This document shows, piece after piece, positions 26,501 to 38,500 of a stretch of 55,760 nucleotides of DNA (within the stretch, counting starts at the first letter, position 1; each line of letters begins with the position of its first letter). The notes under the pieces are model-generated. The model saw only the letters and a program-made list of their open reading frames with translations. It was not told the DNA's origin and did no database searches. Made by a program: the position numbers and the translations under genes. This stretch comes from Catajapyx aquilonaris (taxonomy: Eukaryota), in contig KZ537958.1 of the NCBI GenBank assembly GCA_000934665.2, positions 186,001 to 241,760 on the forward strand, in the 5' to 3' direction.

Positions 26501-29500
26501 ATAATGGTGGACAAAGCGTTTTCTGCACGGTGCTAAGTGGCGTAGTTTGTTTTTGGATTCGCGCTTCAGCTGCCACAGGGTGTCACATAATCGGAATTAT
26601 TCAGGCACAGTACTGATTTTTTTCAGGAAAAAAGGAGCGTAGAATCCGGGCTTGAGTGACACGTTAGGTGGCACACTGATTTCTTTGCCCAAAACCCAGT
26701 TGACTATGTTTGCTTTGATCTCCAGCATCCCTCCCGTACAGTATTTCCCAAGACGGTTTCGACCCAGAATTCGAAACTGTAGGTATCAAAGGTGCATTTG
26801 AACCGGATTAATTGGGATCCAGATCTGCACTGTAACAGTCGCTGGAGAAGCAGTGCAATATTGCTTTTTTAAAGCGCTATATTAAATTGAGAGAGCACTT
26901 TGCAAGCCAAATATTGTGTAGTGCGGAACAGTGTGATTTGTTTTGTTTTCTAGGAGACAGCCCCCCCAGTGTGTATGGGGTTTGTATGGGTTTAATCAGT
27001 GTCATCTTCTGGTCTCACTTGCAGTCCCGCCTAGAATTGCCCCGTTTGCTTTCCAAAGCGATTTGCTCCTCGGAGAGCGTGCTGGGGCGCAGTGCATTGT
27101 CACCAAAGGGGACCTCCCATTGCACATAGAGTGGCTCAAGGATGGCAAACCTGCCACCAGCATTCCGGGCGTTTCCATCCGGAGCCACGGAGATTTCGAT
27201 AACGTGCTCACCATAGAGAGGCTGGGTCTGGAGCACAGAGGGAACTTTACGTGTGTTGCACGCAACAACGCAGCAGTGTCGTCGCACTCCTCGCAGTTGT
27301 TGGTCAATGGTAAATAGACAAGTAGAAAAAAAACACGATGATGACCCGACTAAAGATGAGCGGGGTCTGACCAATCACAGGGTCACACCCCGGTCGTCCA
27401 CCAATTGTGTAACCGTCCCCCACCAACCAAAACCAAATCAGCAACGAAGGTTCGGATTTAACCCAGCAAAGTCAGGGAACATACATTCACATCGCTCTGT
27501 TTTCCGTTCACTTTTTGCATTTCAGTTCCTCCAAAGATAGGTCCTTTCACCTTTGGCGAGTTGATAGAGGGAGTACGGACACAAGTGCAATGTGTTGTTC
27601 AACAAGGGGACTTGCCACTGTCTTTACGGTGGCTGAAAGACGACAAAGCCTTGCCGGATGGGATTGGGATAGAGGTAAAAGAAGACGAGTATTCGAGCAC
27701 GCTCGTGATTCCTAGAGTCTCGGCCAAACACACGGGCAACTATACGTGTGTGGCAACCAACCCTGCCAAAGAGGAGCGACAAACGGCCGAATTGGTAGTC
27801 AGTGGTAATGTAGTACGAAACTCCTTCTACCTATATCACATATCCTTGGTTGCCATCTATATATATATATGATTGATTAATTATATATTCGGCGTGTCCG
27901 CTTGCTGCCTTTCTGATCCGTCCTGCACTGGCTGTTTTCATGTGAAGCCTGCACGTTTTGCAGTTTCACCATCACACTCACCGGCACCTGGTGTTTTGCC
28001 TTGGTTTGCCGCAGCACTTTTGCACACACACATCCACTTGGGAGAGAAGTATGATGTACCTGTCTTAACTATAGGCTGTATGTTTACATAACACAGTGCC
28101 TAAAAGCGGTGTTTGGAGCAATTATTCGATGATCGGGTATCAAATCGCAATAAGGCTAAATCCGGCCGTATTTTCAGCCGTGTTCATATTCGGGATGTTT
28201 TTTGGACTCAAAATTTTTTAAAGAGAACCCCTGGTAAATACTGGTCTGGATAGCCTGCAAAAATGTCCGCCGCTTTTTGTCCTCAATACCAGACTCCACA
28301 GAAACCTCGTTTTAGGCTCTGGGTGATTTTTGCGTGATGTGTTTGAGAGGAGCCCACACACCCATTTGTTTTGTCACATTCATGCACGGAGGTCTACCAT
28401 AGGGAGGACCATGCTGCCGCGTATATATTTCTAGGCTGTTCGTTACACACAGGTCACCGTGTGGCTCCATGAATATTACTTTTCTGTGGCTGTTATATTT
28501 GCGTTGTATATCTCCAAGCACATCTGCACAGTAGTTTGCACCTGCTATAACAACACAATGCACTATTGAATTGTAAGTCGTTAGGTTACCACATGGGAGT
28601 GCCCGCAGTTGTGTTCCTCTTTTTTTCATCCATACATGTGCAACGAGAAAATGTGTATATGGAAAAAAAAAAATTATATATGGGGGTGGATTCGAGGGCG
28701 TGCTGCATTCAAGCAAACCTGGTGCTTAGGTCCGCCTCTAATCCCCTCATGTGGCCTGTATATTGGCCGCTCGTTATGCGATTCATCCAAATGAATGGGA
28801 TGGGAAGTGTGGGCATCATGAATCAAAAAACCCATTACCGGCTCGGACCCCACAAGCTTTTTATCACCGGAGGGGGTTGGTGTGTAAGGTTCAAAAAAAA
28901 AAAAGAACAGTCCTGGGAGCTGGCCCGGTTTCTGCCAAAAATTCAGCACGCGAAACCAAATTTTCGCAACCCCCAGCATGCACCCGGGGTTTTAAAAAAA
29001 TGGGAAATGCATAAGCAAAATAAATAAAACCTCAGGTTAATTCACATGCAACGCGAGTTGTTAAATTACCAGGCAGCCCCAGTATTTAGTGTGCAGTCGT
29101 GGCCTACATAAAACCAGCTGTTACTGAGAGACGCCATGTTTGCTTGAATTGCACTTGTAGCATTGTCGATGTAGAATTAGGCACAATTTTTTAGTGAATA
29201 TAGAGCGTAGTATGAGTGCCACCATGTTCTTTGTTTTTACTCCAGTTCCTCCTGCTTGGGTTTCGGAACCACGTGATCGTAATGTGACTCTAGGAAGCTC
29301 CGTTTACCTGCACTGCCAGGCCAAAGGTTTTCCAGAGCCCAGCGTTATATGGCGGAAAGCCAGCGGTAAGGAAACCCCTGCCAACATGCCATACCTGACC
29401 TGATCGTACTGATGACCCTCTCCAGGTAAGCAGCTGCGTGAGTACCAAGACCTGAACTTCAGAACGACAAGAAACCTTCAGCTAATGGACAACGGTACAT

Positions 29501-32500
29501 TGTTCATCCCGAGAGCCGAAGATGCGCATCGTGGGTACTACCTATGTGAAGCAAACAACGGAATCGGAGCAGGTCTCAGCATCGTGGTGCAATTGGCAGT
29601 ACTAGGTAAGAACATTCAGTTGCCACATTTTTGCTCAGAGTACATAAAGCATGCCTGTGTTATAGAGCGGGTTAAAAATTATCGGCGCATTTTATGCATG
29701 TATGGAATGTATTGCATCGTTTATTAAACAACATGCCTTTCCAGCTTGGAATGCAGAACATTTTTGCGGTCAGTCTGTAATCGAACTGAGCCTTGTTTTT
29801 AGAGCCCAGGCCCGCCAGGCTGTTGAATGAACTAAATCGGTGCCCCATGTTTAAAAGATACGCTGTGTACCATGGCTGTTTGAGCCGGATGCTGTTAGTG
29901 CACGGAAAGTTTCTTTGGTTGGCACAATTGCATTGAGCTGGTTCAGCCCTCATCATTACTTCCCCGAGGCGGCGTTTCTGATTGAGGCTCGGGATATAGG
30001 GCAATGGCTCCAATATCTGAGGAAAGGAGAAGGGATTCCCAAAGGAATTCATTGTTCCTTAGGCAAGTAATGTTTCTCCTTAATACAAGAGAAGAATGAC
30101 AGCAATCTCTGCGCCTGACTGTAAATTGAACCCGCTTTTTTGGGGGGTAGCTCCAGACATAGCCTTTATGTCGTCTAAGCATTATCCGATATTCAGGTAC
30201 CTTCCACGTTAAAATGCGCTGCCGTTAGTGCAGAACGAGCATGTACGCTTTAAATTATGGAGAGTTCGGGTGAGTGTCCCATGCGTGAAAATTTCAGGTG
30301 AGTGCTTTTTTTTCCTTCCAAAGCTTCAAGTTGGAAAACTTGCCGGTTGCACCAAAATTCAGGTAGTTTCCACCCTTTTTGCGGATACTTCAACAAAAAT
30401 TCCTCCGGTTCATGTTTCATAATTAAAAGCTAAAAAGAGCCGGACCCCGCCCCTCTTCAAAATGACATGAAGTTATTCTCTCTAGGCGTTTCTCTGGCTG
30501 GTTTTTTTGCAACATGTCATCCTTTGCAAGCAGGATTCATGCAGCACAGGGAGACGAAAATCTGTTTAGTGGCGTGTAGCTGCCAGGACGAATACATTTA
30601 CTGGCCGAAGTCAATTCCACCTCGGTGCCGGGTAAAGTCTCTCTTCATCGTACCTGCCATGTCGAATTTTGCTACCTCTAATTTATTCCTCAGAAGTTTC
30701 GCAGGGACCGAAAGAAATCAGCTACTCGCTAGGAGGCGCAAATGTCGCATATTTTTTGGAGGGCAGACGCTTGCGCCACCTGAGAAGTTTGCAGGAGTTG
30801 TGTAGTGTGCATGGCCTGACAAACAAGTGTGGGCTGGGGGACTCATTTTACGGTCGTCGCCCAGTAAACTTTTTAGTATGCCGGATAGTGTTGCATCTAG
30901 CTGGATGAGGGTGTGAGTTGCTAAGGTCTGAGTAAACAAGGCTAGTCGGTTTCAAAGCCAACTACTGTACAGTACTGGCAACTAGCATTAGAGAGTTGTG
31001 TGACAACTGCGTTGAGTGAGTGCCTTTCAAACAGATGTTGCTCACACCAGCAATTATGAAATTCTTAATCCGGGAACGTAATGACTCAGGAAATTCCGAC
31101 AGACAATAGCTTCAACTGGCGCCCACTTGACACACACATCCATTATTGCCCATTAAAGATATGTGGGCAATTCAAATGTCGCAAAAGTACAAGCGCGATC
31201 CTAATCTCCTTCGTGACACTGCCTCCGCTTCGTGAAGCGGATAATTACACCTTCGCCAGGCATTTTGCAGGTCATTTGCCATTCTAATGTGATGGTGAAG
31301 TTTGCATGCTTTCATTTGATAATGGATACTTGGGAGGGGTTTTGGGTGGAAGGGAAGGGGAGACCATGAGATGTGGAGGTGGGGGTGGCAGGCGAGTCTC
31401 TTGGGAAATCTTGGCTGGGGCCTCCCCACAGCGAGGAACAATGTAATAAAGCCATTGATCATCATTCTCAGTTCCAGCCTATTTCGAAACCAAGTCGGCC
31501 CAAGAGAGTGTTCGGCGAGGGAGTCCAGCAACCCTCCAGTGCTTGGCTAAAGGGGAAGAGCCCATGAAGGTGGCCTGGCAGAAGGAAGGAAACATCCTGC
31601 TGCCACCCTCAGATCCAAGGTAAACAATATGCCACTACACATTTACTGTCATGAATCCAACAGAAATGTTACGAATCCAAAGGTGAAAATCCGCGTGTGT
31701 CTAAGGGCCATCCTCTGACTCGACATTTCTCACCCTCACATTTTAAACTTGTTTTAGTCCAATCTATCAACCTGGACGACCTTTAAGTTCTGACATTTTG
31801 CAGTGTTTGTTTCCAGGGCGGGGTACCCCCTGCCCGATGGGGAAAGGCAACGACCTGCAGCCTTATTAGATTAAAATACTTCTTCGGGTTAATGATGCCC
31901 CAAGTGTGCTTACAATTGCCTTCGGTGGGTTATTAGCACCATCTGCGGTTTTCCTACCACTCGTTATGGTGATCGCAGTGTCGCACCAAGTCTGAGGATG
32001 AGAAGGAAGAAGAAAAAAAAGTAATAGGATTTTACGGTCCCAACACTAATGAGAGCTGCAGCCTCAAGATGTGGGTATCTGAAACGCTTTTGTTGTTGGT
32101 GAGGAGTGTTCCTCCTCGCCTTCCTAATTGATATCTAAAGGAAGTTTCCGAAGCTGCGGCTGTATCTGCAGAAATTCCAATCAGCCCTGATTAGCAATCT
32201 TGCAAGCTACTAAATGGCGTGGTACGTCTATAGGCTAATCAGTGTGGCTTTGTTTCCGAATGAAACACACCTTGATCAATATTGTAGCTGGAAGTGTTCG
32301 AACTATATGATTTTACTTACAATCCGTATGCACTAATTGTAGCTTTGTACACAAGCTATAGCCTCCAGTTTCTCCAGAAATCTTTAGGGGAAAACACATT
32401 CTATTCTTAGCCATCCAACCGGAACTTAACCTCTGCCCTCATTTTATTCCGGGAGGGAAAAAACACACAAGAAATCAGAGAGAGAAAAAGTTCCGGCTTC

Positions 32501-35500
32501 CGGCAGCGTTATTTCAGCCTCCCCAGATCCGGCCACTAGTCAAGGGTCAAACCACTCCAAGGCTTGGAGTACACTAACTTAGCCGTGTCAGGCAACCCTG
32601 GCCCCAAGCCAAAGCCAGAAGCGGCAATATTTTCCCTGTCAGTTAAGGATTCTGTTCCTCACACCCAGGCGCAGGCTCCCAACAGGGGAAAAGCCGCCCC
32701 CGGGACATCCTACCAGGCTATTAAGGAGGGATTAAACTTGCCTTCTTTGCCCCCCCAACCTCCAAGCCACCACCCACGACACCAACTCTATTTTCTAGCT
32801 TTGAAATACGACGCATTATATGGTCACTAGCTAAAAAGCTCGCAAAGTTGCTTCATTTCCAAGAAAATCCTACTTTATTAAGAATCATCATAGACTACAT
32901 ACAGCAAGTACCTACTTTCTAGAGAGAGGTCAAAGTTCGGACTGTTTATCCCAGTGCTAGTAATTGGCCAGATGCATAACTGTGTTGCGGATATATAAAA
33001 AGCAAGGTGGTATCAGCTGCACCGATGCATAAAGGGAGCGTTGATGGAACGTAATGTCTTCAGCTACTGCCATAAAGAGCCGTTGAATCCCTTTACGGTC
33101 AGTTGGCCGTCTGTTTTACTGACGGAAACCTCGGGCCTCACCACCCTTCCTTCTTGGACCGCCATCAGGGAATAATCAGATTCGCCAAGGAACTTAATAA
33201 TATAGATGGGAACAGTCACTTAGCAGCCAAGAGTTGCGGGCTACCCCTTTCAGCCATTTTGTTCCCATGACGTGCAAGTTCGGAAGCACGTGGCGAGACG
33301 GGTCCTTTCATGTACAGGATGTAATCCGTCTAGGTTGCGACCAAGCGCGCGACTGCCGGCACTCAGCAAGGGGCATCACTTATTCATGGGACCTGTCCTG
33401 TTACACCCTTTTTTTTCTATATCCTGCGAGCTGAACCCCCTCCTCCGCTGTCAGGAGCCTTTCCAGAATGTCTATTCACCTTCCACGGACCCCACATCAC
33501 AGCCCAAATTGAATGATACTGGCCATTTCCTCCAGACACTTTCCAAATTACGATGCCTCGACTTGATGATTGAGGACCCCCGAATATTATAGAGTAAGCA
33601 AAATTTTGTACAGACAAAAAGTGCATGAATCACGGCAGTAATTCAACCTATATGACATGTGCATCTGAGGCATGGCCAATAAGGGGTCAATGGCAGTGTA
33701 ATATCCGCGATGATTTACACGCCCGTATGAAGCCGTGGGCTTTAATTTTGATTGCAGATACCGTATGAAGGAAACCCCGATGGGCGACAGTCTCCTGGCC
33801 GAGCTTCACATCGAGCGGACCCTGAAGGACGACAGTGGACCTTATCTCTGCGTGGCATCCAATCCGTATGGTCGAGACCAGCGTACGGTCCTCCTCTTGG
33901 TTCAAGGTACTTGCATTGTTTGGTATGCATAGCCGACACAGTATGGGCGCGATCTCAATCAGAAATCCAGCCAGCTTCTTCTTTATATATAGAAAAAAAA
34001 ACTTGCTTATCCGGGTATAGCTTGTACCGGGATCTTTTAGCTGGAGAAAAAGATCGATCACGTGTGACAGTGAAGTGCGAGGTCCGGGTGATTTCCATCA
34101 CTTGTGTGATCCGGTGCGGCAAGGAATGGGCGGCAGAATTGAAAATTCCTGGCACGGCTGGAAGAGGCACCGCCGAACGGTTTCGTGCCCTGGGTCGTAA
34201 AAAGTAGGTACCCAATGCGGGTTGGGATGGGTGGGTGGGTGGTGGTGGTGGTGGAATCAGAGCGGCGGGGGGGTTCAGTTCAAAGCAGCCCATGCGGACT
34301 GGGTGCGTGCAGCATGCGGGCTCCAATCCTGTCAAGTGTAAGCTGCTGCTCTGAGGTATTCATCATGTCACGCCTGGATGGACACCGTAGGAAGTGTATC
34401 TTCATCAGGAGACAGGGGCTGTCCATCATGTTTGCGGGGACAATAAAATTGTTTAGGACAAAACCTGACAAAACCGTCAGCACTCATGCAAGAAGGTGTT
34501 TTATTTGAGTTTATTCGTTAATTTGGTTGTAGGCTATGTGTATTTCTACTTTTGCACTTATTTTGTAATACACTCTTAACCATTTACCTTCTCTAGAGAG
34601 GGTAAATGGTTAAGAGTGTATTACAAAATAAGTAGGGTAAATATTCTTGGGTAAATTTACCCAAGAATATTTACCCTACAATGTATGGTAAAAAAATGGC
34701 CACTTTCTTACCCTCTCTAGAGAAGGTAAATGGTTAAGAGTGTATTACAAAATAAGTAGGGTAAATATTCTTGGGTAAATTTACCCAAGAATATTTACCC
34801 TACAATGTAAGGTAAAAAAATGGCCACTTTCTTACCCTCTCTAGAGAAGGTAAATGGTTAAGAGTGTAGAATTGCCTTTTGTCATATTTGACTATATTTC
34901 GAATATTTTATATATTTTGTTTACTAATTTATTTACATATCATTTATTTTATTTTAGTTAGTTTTTAAGATATTCATTTTCTACTCACTTTCTTCCAGTA
35001 CACTGGCTCCATAGCTAGGGAATGCGCTTTGTGATCTGCTCTTTGTACAGAGTACGTATTTTGTGTTTCTCACATCACTTTGCTAGAGTGCTGATGGTTC
35101 GATAGGGCAGAACACATTTTGACTTATACAAGCACTATCCAATTATTTCGATATGACATTCCTACTGTGACATGCGTTATGAACGAGCCCCCCCTTACAC
35201 CACCACAGGGTGTTGAATGCGGTGCAGGGAAAAAGGACCGACGTAGGCAGGAAATCAATAGGGGAAGAAGAAGTTGGTTGGCAAACCAGGGGGGGTTTCC
35301 CTTTATTCTGTATGGCAGAAGGAAGATGATGGATCTTCTTCTTCCCTCTTTCTCTCCTCTTCTTTTTTTTCTCTCTGGTTTGTTGCAGATGCTCCGAGCG
35401 CTCCACGCGATCTGCGAGTGCTGAACGTAACCAGCCGATCTGCCAGGATTTCTTGGCTGGCACCTTCGGAGGAGACCAAGCCGATTTTAAAGAACGTCGT

Positions 35501-38500
35501 TCAATATAAGCTGGCATCTGGTGAGCCTGATTTCCCTTCGCTTTACTGCTTGGGAATTGCCATTTAGAATTCTCATTTCGCGGAAGTGCAGAATGACGGA
35601 AGTTAGCTCTCGGGGCCTGCGGGCCGCCTAATAAGATAAGTTTTCAGTTCTGCATATCATGGCTTAATCAGAGAGATAATTCTCTCGAGCTGTATGGAGC
35701 ATCACTCCTGCCAGGATCGTATCGAAGGGTCCGGATACTGGTTAATCCATTTTCCTAAAAAGTATTCTTAACCCACACTCTAAGAGCGTAATATTCAATT
35801 TTTTAACATTAAAAATTGCCAAACTTTTTCTGGTGCCATTCTTTTCAGAATGAGAAATTGCAAACCCTGAAATTACCGATGCAAATCCGCCGATCAGATG
35901 TTTGTCCCTTTCGTGTAACAAACGAGCCAGGTTTTAAAGGTGATGGATAACGAGGGCAGCAAGGTGTAAGCAAGACAAATGAATCCATCTGTGGTAGTGA
36001 TGGAAGAGCCAAGCCTCTCCAGATCCGGAGGGCAAACCTTGAATAAATTGAGGCGAAATTTGATGCGCCATTAGGCATCCTCGTTGAGCCTGGAGACTCG
36101 CTGCCGGATCCTTCCAAGTCTTAGGAGGATTAGGGTTCTCCCGGAGTCTGGAGTCACGCTCTCGCGGTTGCATTTTCGACGTCTCCTCCAGTGCTCTGGA
36201 GAAGTATAGAACGCCTCTGGTTCTGTCCGCAGACTCCATCGGGCCTTGGATATTGCGCCCCATTCGCACCGAAGAATCGCGATGGGCGTTAAGCGTGTCT
36301 CGCAGACAAAGAGCTGGAAAAACCCAATCGCGTCCAGGATACTTTTTTTTATAAAAAAAAAAGCTGGGCCCGTAACATTTAATTTCAGCCCGTGTAGAAG
36401 CGGGCGCAGATTAGCCTCGTATGTAAACTAGATTAAATTCGGTGTCATCAACAAAATTAGCTAGGTGCATTAGCTTCCCATGGGGATCAGCGTTAACTGC
36501 AAGCGCCTGGTGGTCATTTCCGCGCAACGGCTCTGTAAACTTTCTTTTTCGGAGCAGCGAGTGTCAAAAAGTTAGTGCAGCCCGCTAACTGCAGTTTGCC
36601 CTGATTAGTTAGGATGCTCTGCAAAATTTCCATGTCGAAAATCTTACCATGCATTAATATCCAGGCAAAATATCGCACATCGATATTCTGTTGATTGCAT
36701 GCAACGATATAGTGTAAATTTCGTACATCGGCAATGTGTAGATTTTGTATATCGTTGTTGTGTAGATTTCGTACATTAACATCGTCTGAATATCGCAGAT
36801 CGATATTGTCAAAATATTTTGCGAAAATTTTGTTTTAAAAATTTGACGACATGTGTGGCAACTTTCTCTCTAGAGACGTGGCACGAGCACGTATACAAGG
36901 TGACGCTGGAGAACGGAGAGACGTCGGCGTCTGTGTCTGACCTGAGACCTGCGACGACATACCACGTACGAGTAGTGGCTGAGAACCAGTTTGGTGCCAG
37001 CGAACCCAGCGAGGTTCTGTCTCTCAGGACTGAAGCCGAGGTGCCTTCTGGTATGACCCGATCAGTCGAAGTGGAAGCCATCGCATCGGACAGACTCAAG
37101 GTGGCCTGGTCACCACCCGAACGTGACCACTGGAACGGAGACATCCTGGGATACTACGTAGGATTCAGAGTCTACGGGTGAGCCCAATTTGCCTACCTGT
37201 TCCACCTCAGGCAACCTCCTTTCCTCCTTATTGGTGTTCGCATCTAGCCTGAAATATCGCTCCTCATTCGCTCCTGCAAGTGCCTCCAAGTATCCATTTG
37301 TTCCATCTTAAGCGCCTCGGCCAGTACTACCCCCACTCGAATTCCATCAAAGACTGGGAGTTACCACCGGTGCTATAGCAATTCAGGCCAGCCAACCTCC
37401 TGGAATCTGCGGAACGTTACCTTTACCAAGGCAGTGTTAATGACCAAATGAATGGTCCGCATCTCACAGCCCGTGGGGGGGAAGCTCTGCCGGAGATAAG
37501 TCCTTAATCTGATTTAATCTGGGCCGCGGTCAGACCCATTGTTCTCCCGGTTCCAATCCGGGCGCCGCGTCTCCGGACACCAATCTAGTCTCCTATGAGT
37601 TTTCAGCAGCCCGGAGAATAATCGGACACGTTTACCTTGCTTCTCTCTGGAGGCTCCGGCACCAATCATGCAGCCTTGAGAGAACCCATTTGGCGAATGA
37701 AATAGACCACTTTTTTTGTAGGAGGAACTCGAGGAGAGTTGAAAGTGCGAAATACACTAGGGCTGCGGGTGTATTGACAGATTTGCAATGCAGATGGCCG
37801 TCTTTTCCGGTGCTCGTCTTAGCCTTGGCTCTAGGGGGTAACGCCCGGATTTGCACTACCCGAAATGGGGTTAGTTTATTCGGGAGGCGCTCCGGAAAAT
37901 TATATCTAATGATTTTCTAAAATTAAGTGCAAATGAGGGAAGCTGCGGGAAAGGTATTGGCGTTTGGTGCAATTAAAACTTTACAAGGGGAATCGGATGT
38001 GTTTTTTTTTGCATATTAGTTTCTTTGGAGGCGGTTGGTTGGGCGAGGTCGTTATTCTGGGGGCAGTCCAACTTCATTAGCGTTGTGACAATTACGGGTA
38101 TTGTTTAACTATGCTTTGTTGAGGGAACGACGGTAATTTGACACCAGTGCTCAGTGTGGCATGACGCGTTTCCATCCTACTCTCAAAATATATGTTTGTG
38201 CTTCAAGGGTTATGTGGTCATTCGTTTTTATTGTTAGCGTGATGGTGGGCATTAAACGGTATTAAGGGAATATTTAAAATGTGAGCGGCTTGCCGTTTAT
38301 TTTGCTTCGGCTAGTGATCTTTTCGGGGGTGGTCCCTTGTTACTGGGAATTTGGATGTCAATTGTGCGGGTTACTGCTGAAATATGCGGTTCAGCCTAGG
38401 CTCTAAACGGCTACTGCAGAAGCATTTTGTGGTGGTCAGAGTGGGTTTGCTGTAAAAAAAATGGGCTTGAATGAAAGTGAAAGTGCGTATGTACTTTTGG

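Noticed and set aside
26930..27445. Docking/selector pairing of tgatttgttttg upstream of exon A with caaaaccaaatca downstream
   Set aside because: Only about 12 AU-rich pairs with a bulge and no competing partner near exon B; not distinguishable from chance.
28310..28420. Possible third Ig7 exon (LGDFCVMCLRGAHTP...)
   Set aside because: It lacks the VPP start, the core Trp and the second Cys, and reaches a stop within about 30 codons.
34556..34868. CRISPR-like repeat array
   Set aside because: Eukaryotic intron, and the units are identical tandem copies with no unique spacers.
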